Positions 47,217-55,808 of a stretch of 64,000 bases of DNA are shown here, piece after piece. The notes under the pieces were generated by a model. It ran no database searches. It was not told the origin of the DNA and was given only the letters and a program-made list of their open reading frames with translations. This stretch comes from a virus. Taxonomy: Duplodnaviria > Heunggongvirae > Uroviricota > Caudoviricetes. Location of the stretch: positions 21,427 through 85,426 of IMG/VR virus record IMGVR_UViG_3300013121_000012; one strand, 5' to 3'. Position 1 is the stretch's first letter, and each line of letters begins with the position of its first letter. The position numbers and the translations under genes were made by a program.

Positions 47217-47879
47217 ATGAAACGTTACAAGTACCCAAAAACAATGCATTTTCCATGGTCGCCTGGTCTTCAGAACGACGACCGTATGCTTGAATCTGTC
47301 AATGTTTTTATAGGCAAAGAAGTCATCATTACTGAAAAGTTCGATGGCGAGAATACATCGATCTACGCAGATCATATTCATGCCAGGAGTTTAGACTCAC
47401 AGAATCATCCGAGCAGAAACTGGGTAAGAGCATTCGCTGCAAAATTTCAGCATCAGATACCAATTGATTGGAGAATCTGTGGAGAGAATATGTATGCGAT
47501 GCATTCTATTTTCTACAAATATCTGCCATCGTACTTTCTAGGATTCTCAATATGGGATGATAAGAATAACTGCTTACATTGGGATGAAACGATGAATTGG
47601 TTTCAAATGTTCGGAATAACACCCGTGAGACCGATCTATCGCGGAATCTTTGATGATAAACTAATTCAATCATTGATCATGGCAAATGGATCAGCGATTA
47701 TGGATGAAAACATGGAAGGATATGTTTGCAGAACGGTTGAAGGATTTCATTACGATGACTTCCAGAAATGCGTTGCGAAATATGTACGAAAAAACCATGT
47801 TCAGACAGATGAACATTGGATGAATAAGGAGATAGTTAAGAATGGCCTCGACACAAGATCAGAAATCAGCGGCAAGTGA
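47217..47879 (+). CDS. small RNA-ligase-family nucleotidyltransferase (PF09414-like)
   Basis: TEKFDGEN (motif I KxDG), EGYVCRT (motif IV) and VAKYVRKNH (motif V); RBS aaaggtgg. Confidence 0.5.
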   Translation: MKRYKYPKTMHFPWSPGLQNDDRMLESVNVFIGKEVIITEKFDGENTSIYADHIHARSLDSQNHPSRNWVRAFAAKFQHQIPIDWRICGENMYAMHSIFYKYLPSYFLGFSIWDDKNNCLHWDETMNWFQMFGITPVRPIYRGIFDDKLIQSLIMANGSAIMDENMEGYVCRTVEGFHYDDFQKCVAKYVRKNHVQTDEHWMNKEIVKNGLDTRSEISGK

Positions 47880-48354
47880 TTTATCTCTTGAAACAGAAGC
47901 AAAGAAGTTAGTTTGTCCTATATCGATTTATACTGGCAAACCTCAGACTTGTCTTGGAAGTTCTTGTGTAGGATGGAAAACGACTTCTTCTCAAGAAATC
48001 AAATCAGAAATAGCCGATGGGATATTTCTAGAAGGAATGGCGTATACAGAACTTATGACGGGAGAAAATGAATCTCATGCGTACGTAATAAGAAACGGAC
48101 TCATAATTCATGAGAAATGGAATGCTAAAAAAGATCCAACAGTTCTTAAGGTAATATCTCACGATGAAATAATGAATGAAAAATTCGGAATGAGAAAGTG
48201 GCTAGAGGTCGTACGAAAAAGAAGACCGATGGCGATTGAACATGACGGCTCGCGTAATATTCAATATAATACAGAAGAACAGAAATTTTACCACATATAT
48301 GATGAACCACTAGTACAACGAAAAGGATATTGTGCGGTGATTTACGATAAATAA
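47842..48354 (+). CDS. hypothetical protein
   Basis: ORF. Confidence 0.3.
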   Translation: MASTQDQKSAASDLSLETEAKKLVCPISIYTGKPQTCLGSSCVGWKTTSSQEIKSEIADGIFLEGMAYTELMTGENESHAYVIRNGLIIHEKWNAKKDPTVLKVISHDEIMNEKFGMRKWLEVVRKRRPMAIEHDGSRNIQYNTEEQKFYHIYDEPLVQRKGYCAVIYDK

Positions 48355-48366
48355 AAGGAGAAGACG

Positions 48367-48834
48367 ATGGCCAAAAAAGAACAAGCGCAACTCAAAAACT
48401 TAATTGATTTTGATTGGGAACAAATCAAAGAATTTGTAATGAATTCTTCTGATGAGTCGCTTGTCTATGTAGGATGTGACTCAAAAGATCATAAAACTCA
48501 TGTCGACTTCGTGACTGTTGTTTGTGTACACATCGACGGCCGTCATGGATCCAGAGTATTCATAGACAAGAAACGGATAAAGAAGAGAATGTATCTTCAC
48601 GACAGACTATGGCAAGAAGTTGTTCTTACTAAAGATGCAGCAGAAAAAGTCAGAGGATTTGTCGGAAAGAAATACCTCGAAACTCACGTTGACTTGAATC
48701 CAAACCGCAAGTACAAGAGCAATACAATCCTTAAAGATGCGCTTGCTTATCTTGTTGCTTTCGGCTTCAACGTCAAAGAAAAACCAGAAGCTCATAGCGC
48801 AAGTTATGCAGCAGACCACTATTTGAGAATATGA
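48367..48834 (+). CDS. hypothetical protein
   Basis: RBS aaggaga. Confidence 0.35.
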   Translation: MAKKEQAQLKNLIDFDWEQIKEFVMNSSDESLVYVGCDSKDHKTHVDFVTVVCVHIDGRHGSRVFIDKKRIKKRMYLHDRLWQEVVLTKDAAEKVRGFVGKKYLETHVDLNPNRKYKSNTILKDALAYLVAFGFNVKEKPEAHSASYAADHYLRI

Positions 48835-49253
48835 AAATGAAATGTGGAGTTTGCAGATACCCCGATGAAATACGAGTCGAGTATTTTCAGACTCCACAAT
48901 ATTTTCCTTATAATCCTCGTCCAGTTGAGATAACAGATGAGGCAATTGCTATACATAGAGCATTAGAAAAACATTATAACATAAGACCAAATATTCCCGA
49001 AGATTATGGTATGCCAAATGAAAACTACGAACAATTCAATTCACCAGAAGAGCATCTAAAATCAATCAAAGAGAGATGGCCAAAATACGAAGAATTACTG
49101 AAATTGAAGAAATCAGATTTTAACGACTTAGAACGATATTTAGCTACGGCGGCTCACAGAGAATGGGCTGAAAGACAAGATCGCTTAGCAGTTAATTTAG
49201 CAATCGATATATTCAGAAAATATGAAGAGGAAGCATTTGACCCAGCAATATAA
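48831..49253 (+). CDS. hypothetical protein
   Basis: ORF. Confidence 0.3.
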   Translation: MKMKCGVCRYPDEIRVEYFQTPQYFPYNPRPVEITDEAIAIHRALEKHYNIRPNIPEDYGMPNENYEQFNSPEEHLKSIKERWPKYEELLKLKKSDFNDLERYLATAAHREWAERQDRLAVNLAIDIFRKYEEEAFDPAI

Positions 49254-49290
49254 ACTATTTTTGTGTCTTCTAAGGAATATAATATGGTAG

Positions 49291-49992
49291 ATGCAAGAAG
49301 TATATGTGTATGCTTATCTTGATCCAAGAAAGAAATGCGCGCTAGAATATTCGAATGTTTGTTTCTTATATGAACCGTTTTATATAGGTCAAGGAATCGG
49401 CAATCGATACAAAAATCATCTGAATATAATTAATCACCACGAATGTAAAAGATCTAAACTCGAGTGGAAATTTAATCCAGAAAAATGCAAAATTCTTACC
49501 GATATTTACATAGAAACAAAATCTTATCCATTCATAGAAAAGATTGCAATATTAAAATCAAGAGATGAGGCGAATTTAGAAGAAGAAAAATATATAAATC
49601 TAATTAAAAGGAAAACTGACGGCGGATATTTGACAAACATACTTAAGAATCACCAAGTTGATAATTCCGTCAAAAAAGGAAAAACCCTAGAGGAATTGTA
49701 TGGAAAAGAAAAATCTGATGAAATAAAGAGAAAACTTTCTGTTAGCTCAAAAGCAATGTTATCTTCTCCTGAAATGAAAGAAAAAATTAAGGCTCTTCGT
49801 ACAGGAAAAACAAACCCAAAAGCTAGAAAAATATCTCAGTTTAATTTAGATGGGACATTTATAAAGGAATTTGAATACATAAATCAAGCTGTAAAAGAAT
49901 TGAATTTGATTCCTGCAGCAAAAAACGCAATCATAGGAGTGGCGAGAGGAAGAAGACATAAAGCGTACGGATTCATTTGGAAGTACTCATAA
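49291..49992 (+). CDS. GIY-YIG homing endonuclease
   Basis: VYVYAYLDP...YEPFYIGQGIGNRYKNH: a GIY-YIG N-terminal domain. Confidence 0.6.
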   Translation: MQEVYVYAYLDPRKKCALEYSNVCFLYEPFYIGQGIGNRYKNHLNIINHHECKRSKLEWKFNPEKCKILTDIYIETKSYPFIEKIAILKSRDEANLEEEKYINLIKRKTDGGYLTNILKNHQVDNSVKKGKTLEELYGKEKSDEIKRKLSVSSKAMLSSPEMKEKIKALRTGKTNPKARKISQFNLDGTFIKEFEYINQAVKELNLIPAAKNAIIGVARGRRHKAYGFIWKYS

Positions 49993-50177
49993 TGAGAAAA
50001 CTCCTAAAGAGAATTTCGCTTCCGTTTAAGATCTTGCATCATAAACATTCAATAGTCTACGAAGTTCCAGGAGTAAAGAAAAAGAAAATCAGCGCGCTTT
50101 GGTTAGTACTTATATCGTTCATCTATATCTTTGGCATCTTGTGGATGCAATATATCAATTGTGCAAGAACAATTTGA
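49977..50177 (+). CDS. small membrane protein
   Basis: TM segment. Confidence 0.3.
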   Translation: MEVLIMRKLLKRISLPFKILHHKHSIVYEVPGVKKKKISALWLVLISFIYIFGILWMQYINCARTI

Positions 50178-50199
50178 TACACGCACTATTAAAAAAAAC

Positions 50200-50514
50200 G
50201 AAAATTTTTATGCGAAATTTCGGTTTGTTGTAATATAATAGTAATATCGGAAGCGAGAAAAGAGCTACTTCGAATCAACTACAAACAGCTTTAAAAAGAA
50301 AACAATCTCTTTTCAATTTTTCTCCGAGATAATGCACGTCAGAAGACTGACAGCAAGGTAAGTGAGTTACTTCGGCCCTTAGTGGGCAATTTTTATTTGA
50401 AAAAAAATCCGGTTGGTGCGAATCCAGCAAAGATGGCGAAAGCCAGGGAGCAATCCCGCCTCACTCCAATTTCCTTCAGTCGAGTGCACCGTTCTCATAA
50501 TAAAGAAAAATTAA
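50200..50514 (+). ncRNA. candidate structured ncRNA upstream of the Ro60 gene (possible second Y-like RNA)
   Basis: A noncoding stretch with a -10-like element at ~50228 that ends at the intrinsic terminator at 50515. It contains GNRA-type hairpins (ggcgaaagcc) and a T-arm-like hairpin ttgg-TGCGAAT-ccag. Confidence 0.3.
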
Positions 50515-50540
50515 GGCTCCCAATGAGGAGCCTTTTTTAT
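50515..50540 (+). terminator. intrinsic terminator
   Basis: ggctcc-caatga-ggagcc + TTTTTTA. Confidence 0.65.
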
Positions 50541-50555
50541 TTTAGGAGTGACAAT

Positions 50556-52037
50556 ATGTCAAAGTTTAACAAGAAAACAAAAACAACAATCAAGCCAAAG
50601 GTCGTCGCCAATAAAGGCGGTGGTGTAGGCTTTGCGCAGAGTAAGGAAATGGAACTCGCTTCTATTTTGCTTACATCGTTCCTATCAGGGAACACACATG
50701 AATCAGAGTCAGCGCAAGAACAAAGAATCTCGAATCTCCTTGATTCGTTTGGCGATTCAAACTTCCCAGCGAAAGCTGCGGTGTTTGCTCGTAACGAATT
50801 CGGTATGCGTTCAGTTTCACACTTGATCGCGTCTGAAATCGGTGAAAGAGTTAAGGGAGCAGAATGGACAAAACGATTCTTTGAAAAGGTTGTTCGCCGT
50901 CCAGACGACATTACTGAAATTCTTTCACGCACACTCGCAGAACAAGGAACAGTTCCTAATGCGATGAAGAAAGGACTTGCAGCTTCTTTCTCTAAGTTCG
51001 ATGAGTACCAACTCGCGAAGTATAGAGGAGAAGGAAAAGCAGTTTCTTTGATTGACGCTGTCAATCTTCTTCACCCAACTCCAACAGCGAAAAACAAAAT
51101 CGCTCTCAAGAAATTGATTGCCGATAAGCTTCGTTCAAAGGAAACATGGGAATCAAAGATTTCTGAAACAGGAAAATCTGAGAATGTCGAAGAAGCTAAG
51201 ACGGAAGCTTGGGCAGATTTAATCACTTCCGAAAGAATTGGTTATCTCGCTCTTGTACGAAACCTCCGTAACATTCTCACAAGTGTTACTGATGTAGGCG
51301 TTATTGAAAAGGCTTGCGATATCCTTAAGGATAAGAACAAGTGCAAGAACAGTCTTATCTTCCCTTTCACTTTCTGGTCAGCGTACTTTGAAGTTGAAAG
51401 TATGTCACTCTCAAGTGTTACAAAGAAGCTTGTCATGAGCGCTTTGAACAAAGCACTTGAAATGTCATGTGACAACATCCCAGTATTCGAAGGACGAACA
51501 CTCGTTGCTATCGATTATTCTGGATCAATGGGTGGAACTGACATCTGCAACAAATTGAGCAATCGAGGCGTTGCATCATTGTTCGCTACTGTTCTCGCTA
51601 AGAAGAACCCAACATCTGACATCGTTATCTTCGGAGACGATTGCAAGTATGTTAAGAACTTCAACGCAGACGACAGCATCTTCACAAACCTAAAAAACTT
51701 GATGAAGAATAACCAATATGCGGGAGACAATACTGTTCATGTTGGTCACAGTACAAATTTCTATTCAATCTTCAATGCCGCAAAGCATAAGTATGATCGA
51801 ATCGTAATTTTCTCTGATATGCAAGCGAACTCTGGATATGGTTGGTCTGGACTAGAAGCATACAACAAGAAGTTTGACGTAAAGCCACTCATTATTGCTG
51901 TTGATCTTCAAGGCAACGGAACAACTCAGTTCAAGAAAGACTTCGTTCAAGTAGTCGGATGGTCTGAAAAGATTTTCGATCTTATGAAGAACGATGCTCA
52001 GACACTTGTCAACAGAATCAAAGCCATCGAGCTTTAA
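50556..52037 (+). CDS. rsr: Ro60 (TROVE domain + C-terminal vWA/MIDAS) ortholog, Rsr-like
   Basis: RBS ttaggagtgacaATG. The C-terminal vWA has LVAIDYSGSMGG (MIDAS DxSxS). An N-terminal ~350-aa helical region is typical of TROVE proteins. The length (493 aa) matches bacterial Rsr. Start trimmed from the track ORF. Confidence 0.65.
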   Translation: MSKFNKKTKTTIKPKVVANKGGGVGFAQSKEMELASILLTSFLSGNTHESESAQEQRISNLLDSFGDSNFPAKAAVFARNEFGMRSVSHLIASEIGERVKGAEWTKRFFEKVVRRPDDITEILSRTLAEQGTVPNAMKKGLAASFSKFDEYQLAKYRGEGKAVSLIDAVNLLHPTPTAKNKIALKKLIADKLRSKETWESKISETGKSENVEEAKTEAWADLITSERIGYLALVRNLRNILTSVTDVGVIEKACDILKDKNKCKNSLIFPFTFWSAYFEVESMSLSSVTKKLVMSALNKALEMSCDNIPVFEGRTLVAIDYSGSMGGTDICNKLSNRGVASLFATVLAKKNPTSDIVIFGDDCKYVKNFNADDSIFTNLKNLMKNNQYAGDNTVHVGHSTNFYSIFNAAKHKYDRIVIFSDMQANSGYGWSGLEAYNKKFDVKPLIIAVDLQGNGTTQFKKDFVQVVGWSEKIFDLMKNDAQTLVNRIKAIEL

Positions 52038-52064
52038 AAAAGACTGAAAAGTCCGCTATTAAAA

Positions 52065-52090
52065 GCGTCCCTCCGTGGACGCTTTTTTTA
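52065..52090 (+). terminator. intrinsic terminator
   Basis: gcgtcc-ctccgt-ggacgc + TTTTTTTA. Confidence 0.65.
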
Positions 52091-52093
52091 TGC

Positions 52094-52122
52094 TCATGCG
52101 CCATTTACAAGTTTTCACTTAA
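52094..52122 (+). promoter_or_regulatory. sigma70-like promoter CGCCATTTACAA-N17-TATAAT driving the downstream ncRNA
   Basis: Near-identical to the promoter at 28210. Confidence 0.55.
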
Positions 52123-52129
52123 GTGTTAT

Positions 52130-52370
52130 AATAAAGCACTTCCGGAAAAGAGGGCGCCCCTCTGGAACGGAAGGAGAAACTGCGGGGTAGCCCAATATGG
52201 TAGAGGCATCGGCGTGAAAGCCGAAACAGTGTTGGTTCGATTCCAATCCTCATGGCTTTCGAAGGTTTTGCGGGAACAACGCCCGCAGTTTCCTAACAAA
52301 AAACTGGACGGATGCGAAGTGAATTTCATGCATGGTTTACAGATTAAACCAGCTGACTTTTTACCAATTT
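52130..52370 (+). ncRNA. Y RNA-like ncRNA (YrlA-like), core helix 52176..52292
   Basis: gaaactgcgggg...cccgcagtttc forms a ≥11-bp terminal helix that encloses a D-arm-like gtagcccaatatggtagagg and a T-arm gttgg-TTCGATT-ccaat. It is followed by a hairpin ggttta-caga-ttaaacc and a T-rich tract. Confidence 0.5.
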
Positions 52371-52619
52371 TTCAATGCCAGTAAAAATGGTGACTTTTAT
52401 CTCGACCTCTGTTGGAATAGTAAACCGCCGGTCGTGAGGGTTTTAGCAGTATTTGTCGCAATGAACACAAAATCTGCCATATATTCTCGGATTTCGAGTC
52501 TAATGTAAGTAGGCGACCGTAATAACGCATCGCTCCTTTTAGATAAGATTCCGGATCTTGGATTTCGAACTGATCATTTGAGATTGTTTCAAATTCGAGA
52601 ATATTTTGCAATCATACCA

Positions 52620-52648
52620 TTTACAAGAAAACGAATAAAGATTATAAT
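52620..52648 (+). promoter_or_regulatory. sigma70-like promoter CCATTTACAA-N17-TATAAT
   Basis: Upstream of the 52659 ORF, followed by RBS aaggag. Confidence 0.5.
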
Positions 52649-52658
52649 AAGGAGCAAA

Positions 52659-52883
52659 ATGGAAACAAAGTTCAAAGTCGGACAAAAAGTCTTCGTGATG
52701 ATCGACAACAAGATCGCTGTCGACACAGTCAAAACTGCGAACATCGCTCCAGGCACAGACGTTGGAATTTATCGCTTAAAAAGCACGAAATCCAATTCTC
52801 AGAAATACTATTTTGATGGAGATCTTTTTCAGAATGAGCAATTGCTCGTTGACATGCTTCTCATGAATATCAAGGAGAGATAA
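52659..52883 (+). CDS. hypothetical small protein
   Basis: Start trimmed to the ATG after the RBS. Confidence 0.35.
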   Translation: METKFKVGQKVFVMIDNKIAVDTVKTANIAPGTDVGIYRLKSTKSNSQKYYFDGDLFQNEQLLVDMLLMNIKER

Positions 52884-53224
52884 TGAGCTTCGCAAGACAA
52901 TCAGTAATGAAAGCCGTCATGAAAGAATTACTTGCAAACCCTGCTGGTATGACATATTCTGAAATCTGGAATATCATTGCTCGCGAGGGTCGAGGATTTA
53001 CAAAAGAAACTCATCCGCGTCTGTTTACAAAAAACGGCAATTTTAACAATTCGCTTTACTCAGCGGATTTCAAAGGTTGGGTACGTCTAAGATGCTTGTT
53101 CTTAAATCAGAACGGTCGCTTGTACACAATGCGCTACAACTTCACTCCTAATCAAATTGATCAAATGAAATTTTGGTCAAAAGACTGGGATAATGTTGCA
53201 ATAAATGCAGGAGCAGTATTATGA
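52883..53224 (+). CDS. hypothetical protein
   Basis: ORF. Confidence 0.3.
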   Translation: MSFARQSVMKAVMKELLANPAGMTYSEIWNIIAREGRGFTKETHPRLFTKNGNFNNSLYSADFKGWVRLRCLFLNQNGRLYTMRYNFTPNQIDQMKFWSKDWDNVAINAGAVL

Positions 53225-53445
53225 TAGAAGTAGTTTACATCGGCGATAAATTCTATGGAGATTCTGGGACGATGATGTCTTCAATCTACAAAAAAGAAGG
53301 AAAAAAATACACTCGATTTGATTGGGGGTTTTTGCAAATCGCACTAGCAAATGGCGAAAATGTGAAAATCCGTCAAGCTAATCGTAAAGAAATGCTTCAT
53401 TTCAAAACGATGCTCGCTGATCATATACTGAAAAAACAAAAATAG
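53221..53445 (+). CDS. hypothetical protein
   Basis: ORF. Confidence 0.3.
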   Translation: MIEVVYIGDKFYGDSGTMMSSIYKKEGKKYTRFDWGFLQIALANGENVKIRQANRKEMLHFKTMLADHILKKQK

Positions 53446-53514
53446 GTTCCATATATAGTGGCAATTGTTTCCGCTGTCTACGGAAACACCGGGGTTCGAT
53501 TCCCCGTGGAACCG
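53445..53514 (+). tRNA. tRNA-Asp (GUC), short
   Basis: Acceptor ggttcca/tggaacc, anticodon arm ttccg-cuGUCua-cggaa, T-arm cgggg-TTCGATT-ccccg. Confidence 0.5.
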
Positions 53515-53536
53515 CACTAAAAATCTGGAGGGATAT

Positions 53537-54211
53537 ATGAAAACATTCACTTTCGAAAGTCAAATGAAAGTTATTGGCGAAATGAATCCCTTTACGGATG
53601 AGCAGATAAAAAATGAGCCGATGCTTTTTAATTGCGATTTGAAAGCAGCATACGATCTCGGTGGACCAATCACTCAGGAATTCCTCGATAAAGTCATGGA
53701 CTTTGTTGATGATGAAAAAGTCGTGATTGATACTCGAGTACACATGCTCATGAAGGGTTGGTTCCCGTGCATTCCTGGATTTCATCATGACGATGTTCCA
53801 AGAAGTGGTCGCGATGGACAACCTAACTACTTCAATCCAGAATACAAAAGCAAACACGTAATGGCACTCGTAAATGCCGATGTCTGTCCAACAGAATTTG
53901 CAATAGGTACCACGATTCTTCCCGATATTGAGGAAGGAATCTACTATAAAGAGTGGCATCCAATGATTGAAAAACGACTTGAAGAAAAAAGCAAAATCAA
54001 TCATTTACTCTTAATGGAAAGAGTGCGTGCCAAGGGGAATCCAATCATTTATTTTGATTGGCAAACATTCCATCAAGGAACTAGAGCCGTAAAAAATGGC
54101 TGGCGATGGTTTGCTAGACTGAGCTATAATACAGATCGTGTGAAAAATTGCACGAACGAATTACGAAGACAAGTTCAAGTGTATCTTGAGCACCCAATGG
54201 AAGGATGGTAA
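53537..54211 (+). CDS. hypothetical protein
   Basis: RBS ggaggg; start trimmed. Confidence 0.35.
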   Translation: MKTFTFESQMKVIGEMNPFTDEQIKNEPMLFNCDLKAAYDLGGPITQEFLDKVMDFVDDEKVVIDTRVHMLMKGWFPCIPGFHHDDVPRSGRDGQPNYFNPEYKSKHVMALVNADVCPTEFAIGTTILPDIEEGIYYKEWHPMIEKRLEEKSKINHLLLMERVRAKGNPIIYFDWQTFHQGTRAVKNGWRWFARLSYNTDRVKNCTNELRRQVQVYLEHPMEGW

Positions 54212-54493
54212 ATGATAGCATTCGCGATAAAACCTGAAAATCAAGAACAAGTAAATGATTTCGTATACTCTATGAAAAGAGAGTTCGAAAACAAAGAAAG
54301 AGATATGGTAGGCGTAATCGCTATACCCGGTTTTAGTCGATGGTATATTGAAATCGATATCGATAAAAACGAAAGGAATTTCGAGAGAATAGCGAATGTC
54401 ATGAATTCGTTTAATGGATTCGGTAATTCTCTGCGAGGTTGGAAAGTTTACGAAGATAACGACAAAATTCTTCCGTATTGTGAGGCGCAATGA
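54212..54493 (+). CDS. hypothetical protein
   Basis: ORF. Confidence 0.3.
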   Translation: MIAFAIKPENQEQVNDFVYSMKREFENKERDMVGVIAIPGFSRWYIEIDIDKNERNFERIANVMNSFNGFGNSLRGWKVYEDNDKILPYCEAQ

Positions 54494-55602
54494 AAATAGT
54501 ACTTAAAAAGAAATCATCGACGGGAGCACCATTAATCTGGACTGCAACTGTCAAAGGAAATACCGTGACTTACACTCACGGGCAAGAAGGTGGAAAACTG
54601 CAGACGAAAGTCGATGTCCACAAAACTGGGAAGAACATCGGGAAGAAGAATGAGAAAACTCCAGAAGATGTTGCACTCTTTGAAGCTGAAACTACAGCTC
54701 TGAAGAAAATCGACAACGGGTACAAACTCGTTGAAGGTAAGATCAATGAACATACAACTAAAGCTGAAAAAGCAATGCACGTTCCTCAACCAATGCTTGC
54801 TCACAAGTATGTTGATCACAAACACAAACTCGGTAATAAGTTTTATGTACAAAAGAAGTACGATGGAATCCGAGGAATCTTCGACACGAATACAGGAAAA
54901 GGTTACTCACGAAATGGTAAACAAATCCTCGGTGTTCCACATATCGAAGAATCAATACGCTCTCTTAAAATAAAGGATGCATGGATCGACGGTGAATTGT
55001 ATTCACACGATCTGTCATTCGAACAAATTATTTCAATCACCAAGAAGACTAAAACTCTTGCTGATGAAAAGGACCGCAAGAAAATCATACTTGTGGTATT
55101 CGATGCAGTTGTTCCTGGCAACACAATGCAACGTCATGAGTGGGTCAAGAAACACATCGGCAAGACGAAATATCTCGAAATTTCTGAGATGCATGAGTGC
55201 ACTCACGACAAGCTCGAGAAGATGCATGATAAATTCGTCCAAGAAGGTTACGAAGGAATCATGGTCAGGAATGTTGATGGAAAGTATGAGCACAAACGCT
55301 CATACGGGCTCCTCAAATTCAAGAAGTTCTTTGATAAAGAATTCAAGATCTTTGGCTTTCATAAGCAAGATCATCAAGATACTCTTGGAGCGATGGAGTT
55401 TGTCGATCACAAAGGCGACCACTTTAGCGCTGGCTTGAAGATGAGTCACGAAATGCGTCAAGAAATCTGGGACAATAAAGAAGCTTACCGCGGCAAAATG
55501 GCGACTGTCCGCTATCAAGAGATTACTCAGCCGAATAAAGCAGGAATTCCTGTTGGTGTCCCACGATTCGGTGTAGTTGTTGCCATAAGGGATTACGAAT
55601 GA
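54490..55602 (+). CDS. ATP-dependent DNA ligase
   Basis: QKKYDGIRG (motif I KxDGxR), EGIMVRN (motif IV) and LLKFKKF (motif V). Confidence 0.7.
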   Translation: MKIVLKKKSSTGAPLIWTATVKGNTVTYTHGQEGGKLQTKVDVHKTGKNIGKKNEKTPEDVALFEAETTALKKIDNGYKLVEGKINEHTTKAEKAMHVPQPMLAHKYVDHKHKLGNKFYVQKKYDGIRGIFDTNTGKGYSRNGKQILGVPHIEESIRSLKIKDAWIDGELYSHDLSFEQIISITKKTKTLADEKDRKKIILVVFDAVVPGNTMQRHEWVKKHIGKTKYLEISEMHECTHDKLEKMHDKFVQEGYEGIMVRNVDGKYEHKRSYGLLKFKKFFDKEFKIFGFHKQDHQDTLGAMEFVDHKGDHFSAGLKMSHEMRQEIWDNKEAYRGKMATVRYQEITQPNKAGIPVGVPRFGVVVAIRDYE

Positions 55603-55808
55603 TAAAAGAAATAATCGCTGCAATCTTACTGATCGCAGCAATAATCGGAGCGTATGTTTTCGTAGATGTATCTCAAAGAAAATCTGCGGAAAGGTATGAA
55701 GCAATTTATGGCGAATAAAATCGTCATAACGATAATCACTGCTCTCATCGTAGTATACTTCACTATGTATGGTGGCTGCTACATAGCAATGTTCAAAGGA
55801 ATGAGATT

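Noticed and set aside
50382-50555. Upstream 58 codons of the track ORF 50382..52037.
   Set aside because: That segment runs through an intrinsic terminator hairpin and lacks an RBS. The ATG at 50556 is preceded by ttaggag, so the gene was trimmed and the upstream part treated as ncRNA/UTR.
52126-52611. Minus-strand ORFs 52126..52329 and 52372..52611.
   Set aside because: They overlap the promoter-driven Y-RNA-like region, which has a conserved helix and T-arm. They have no RBS, and their orientation is opposite to the uniformly + strand transcription here.
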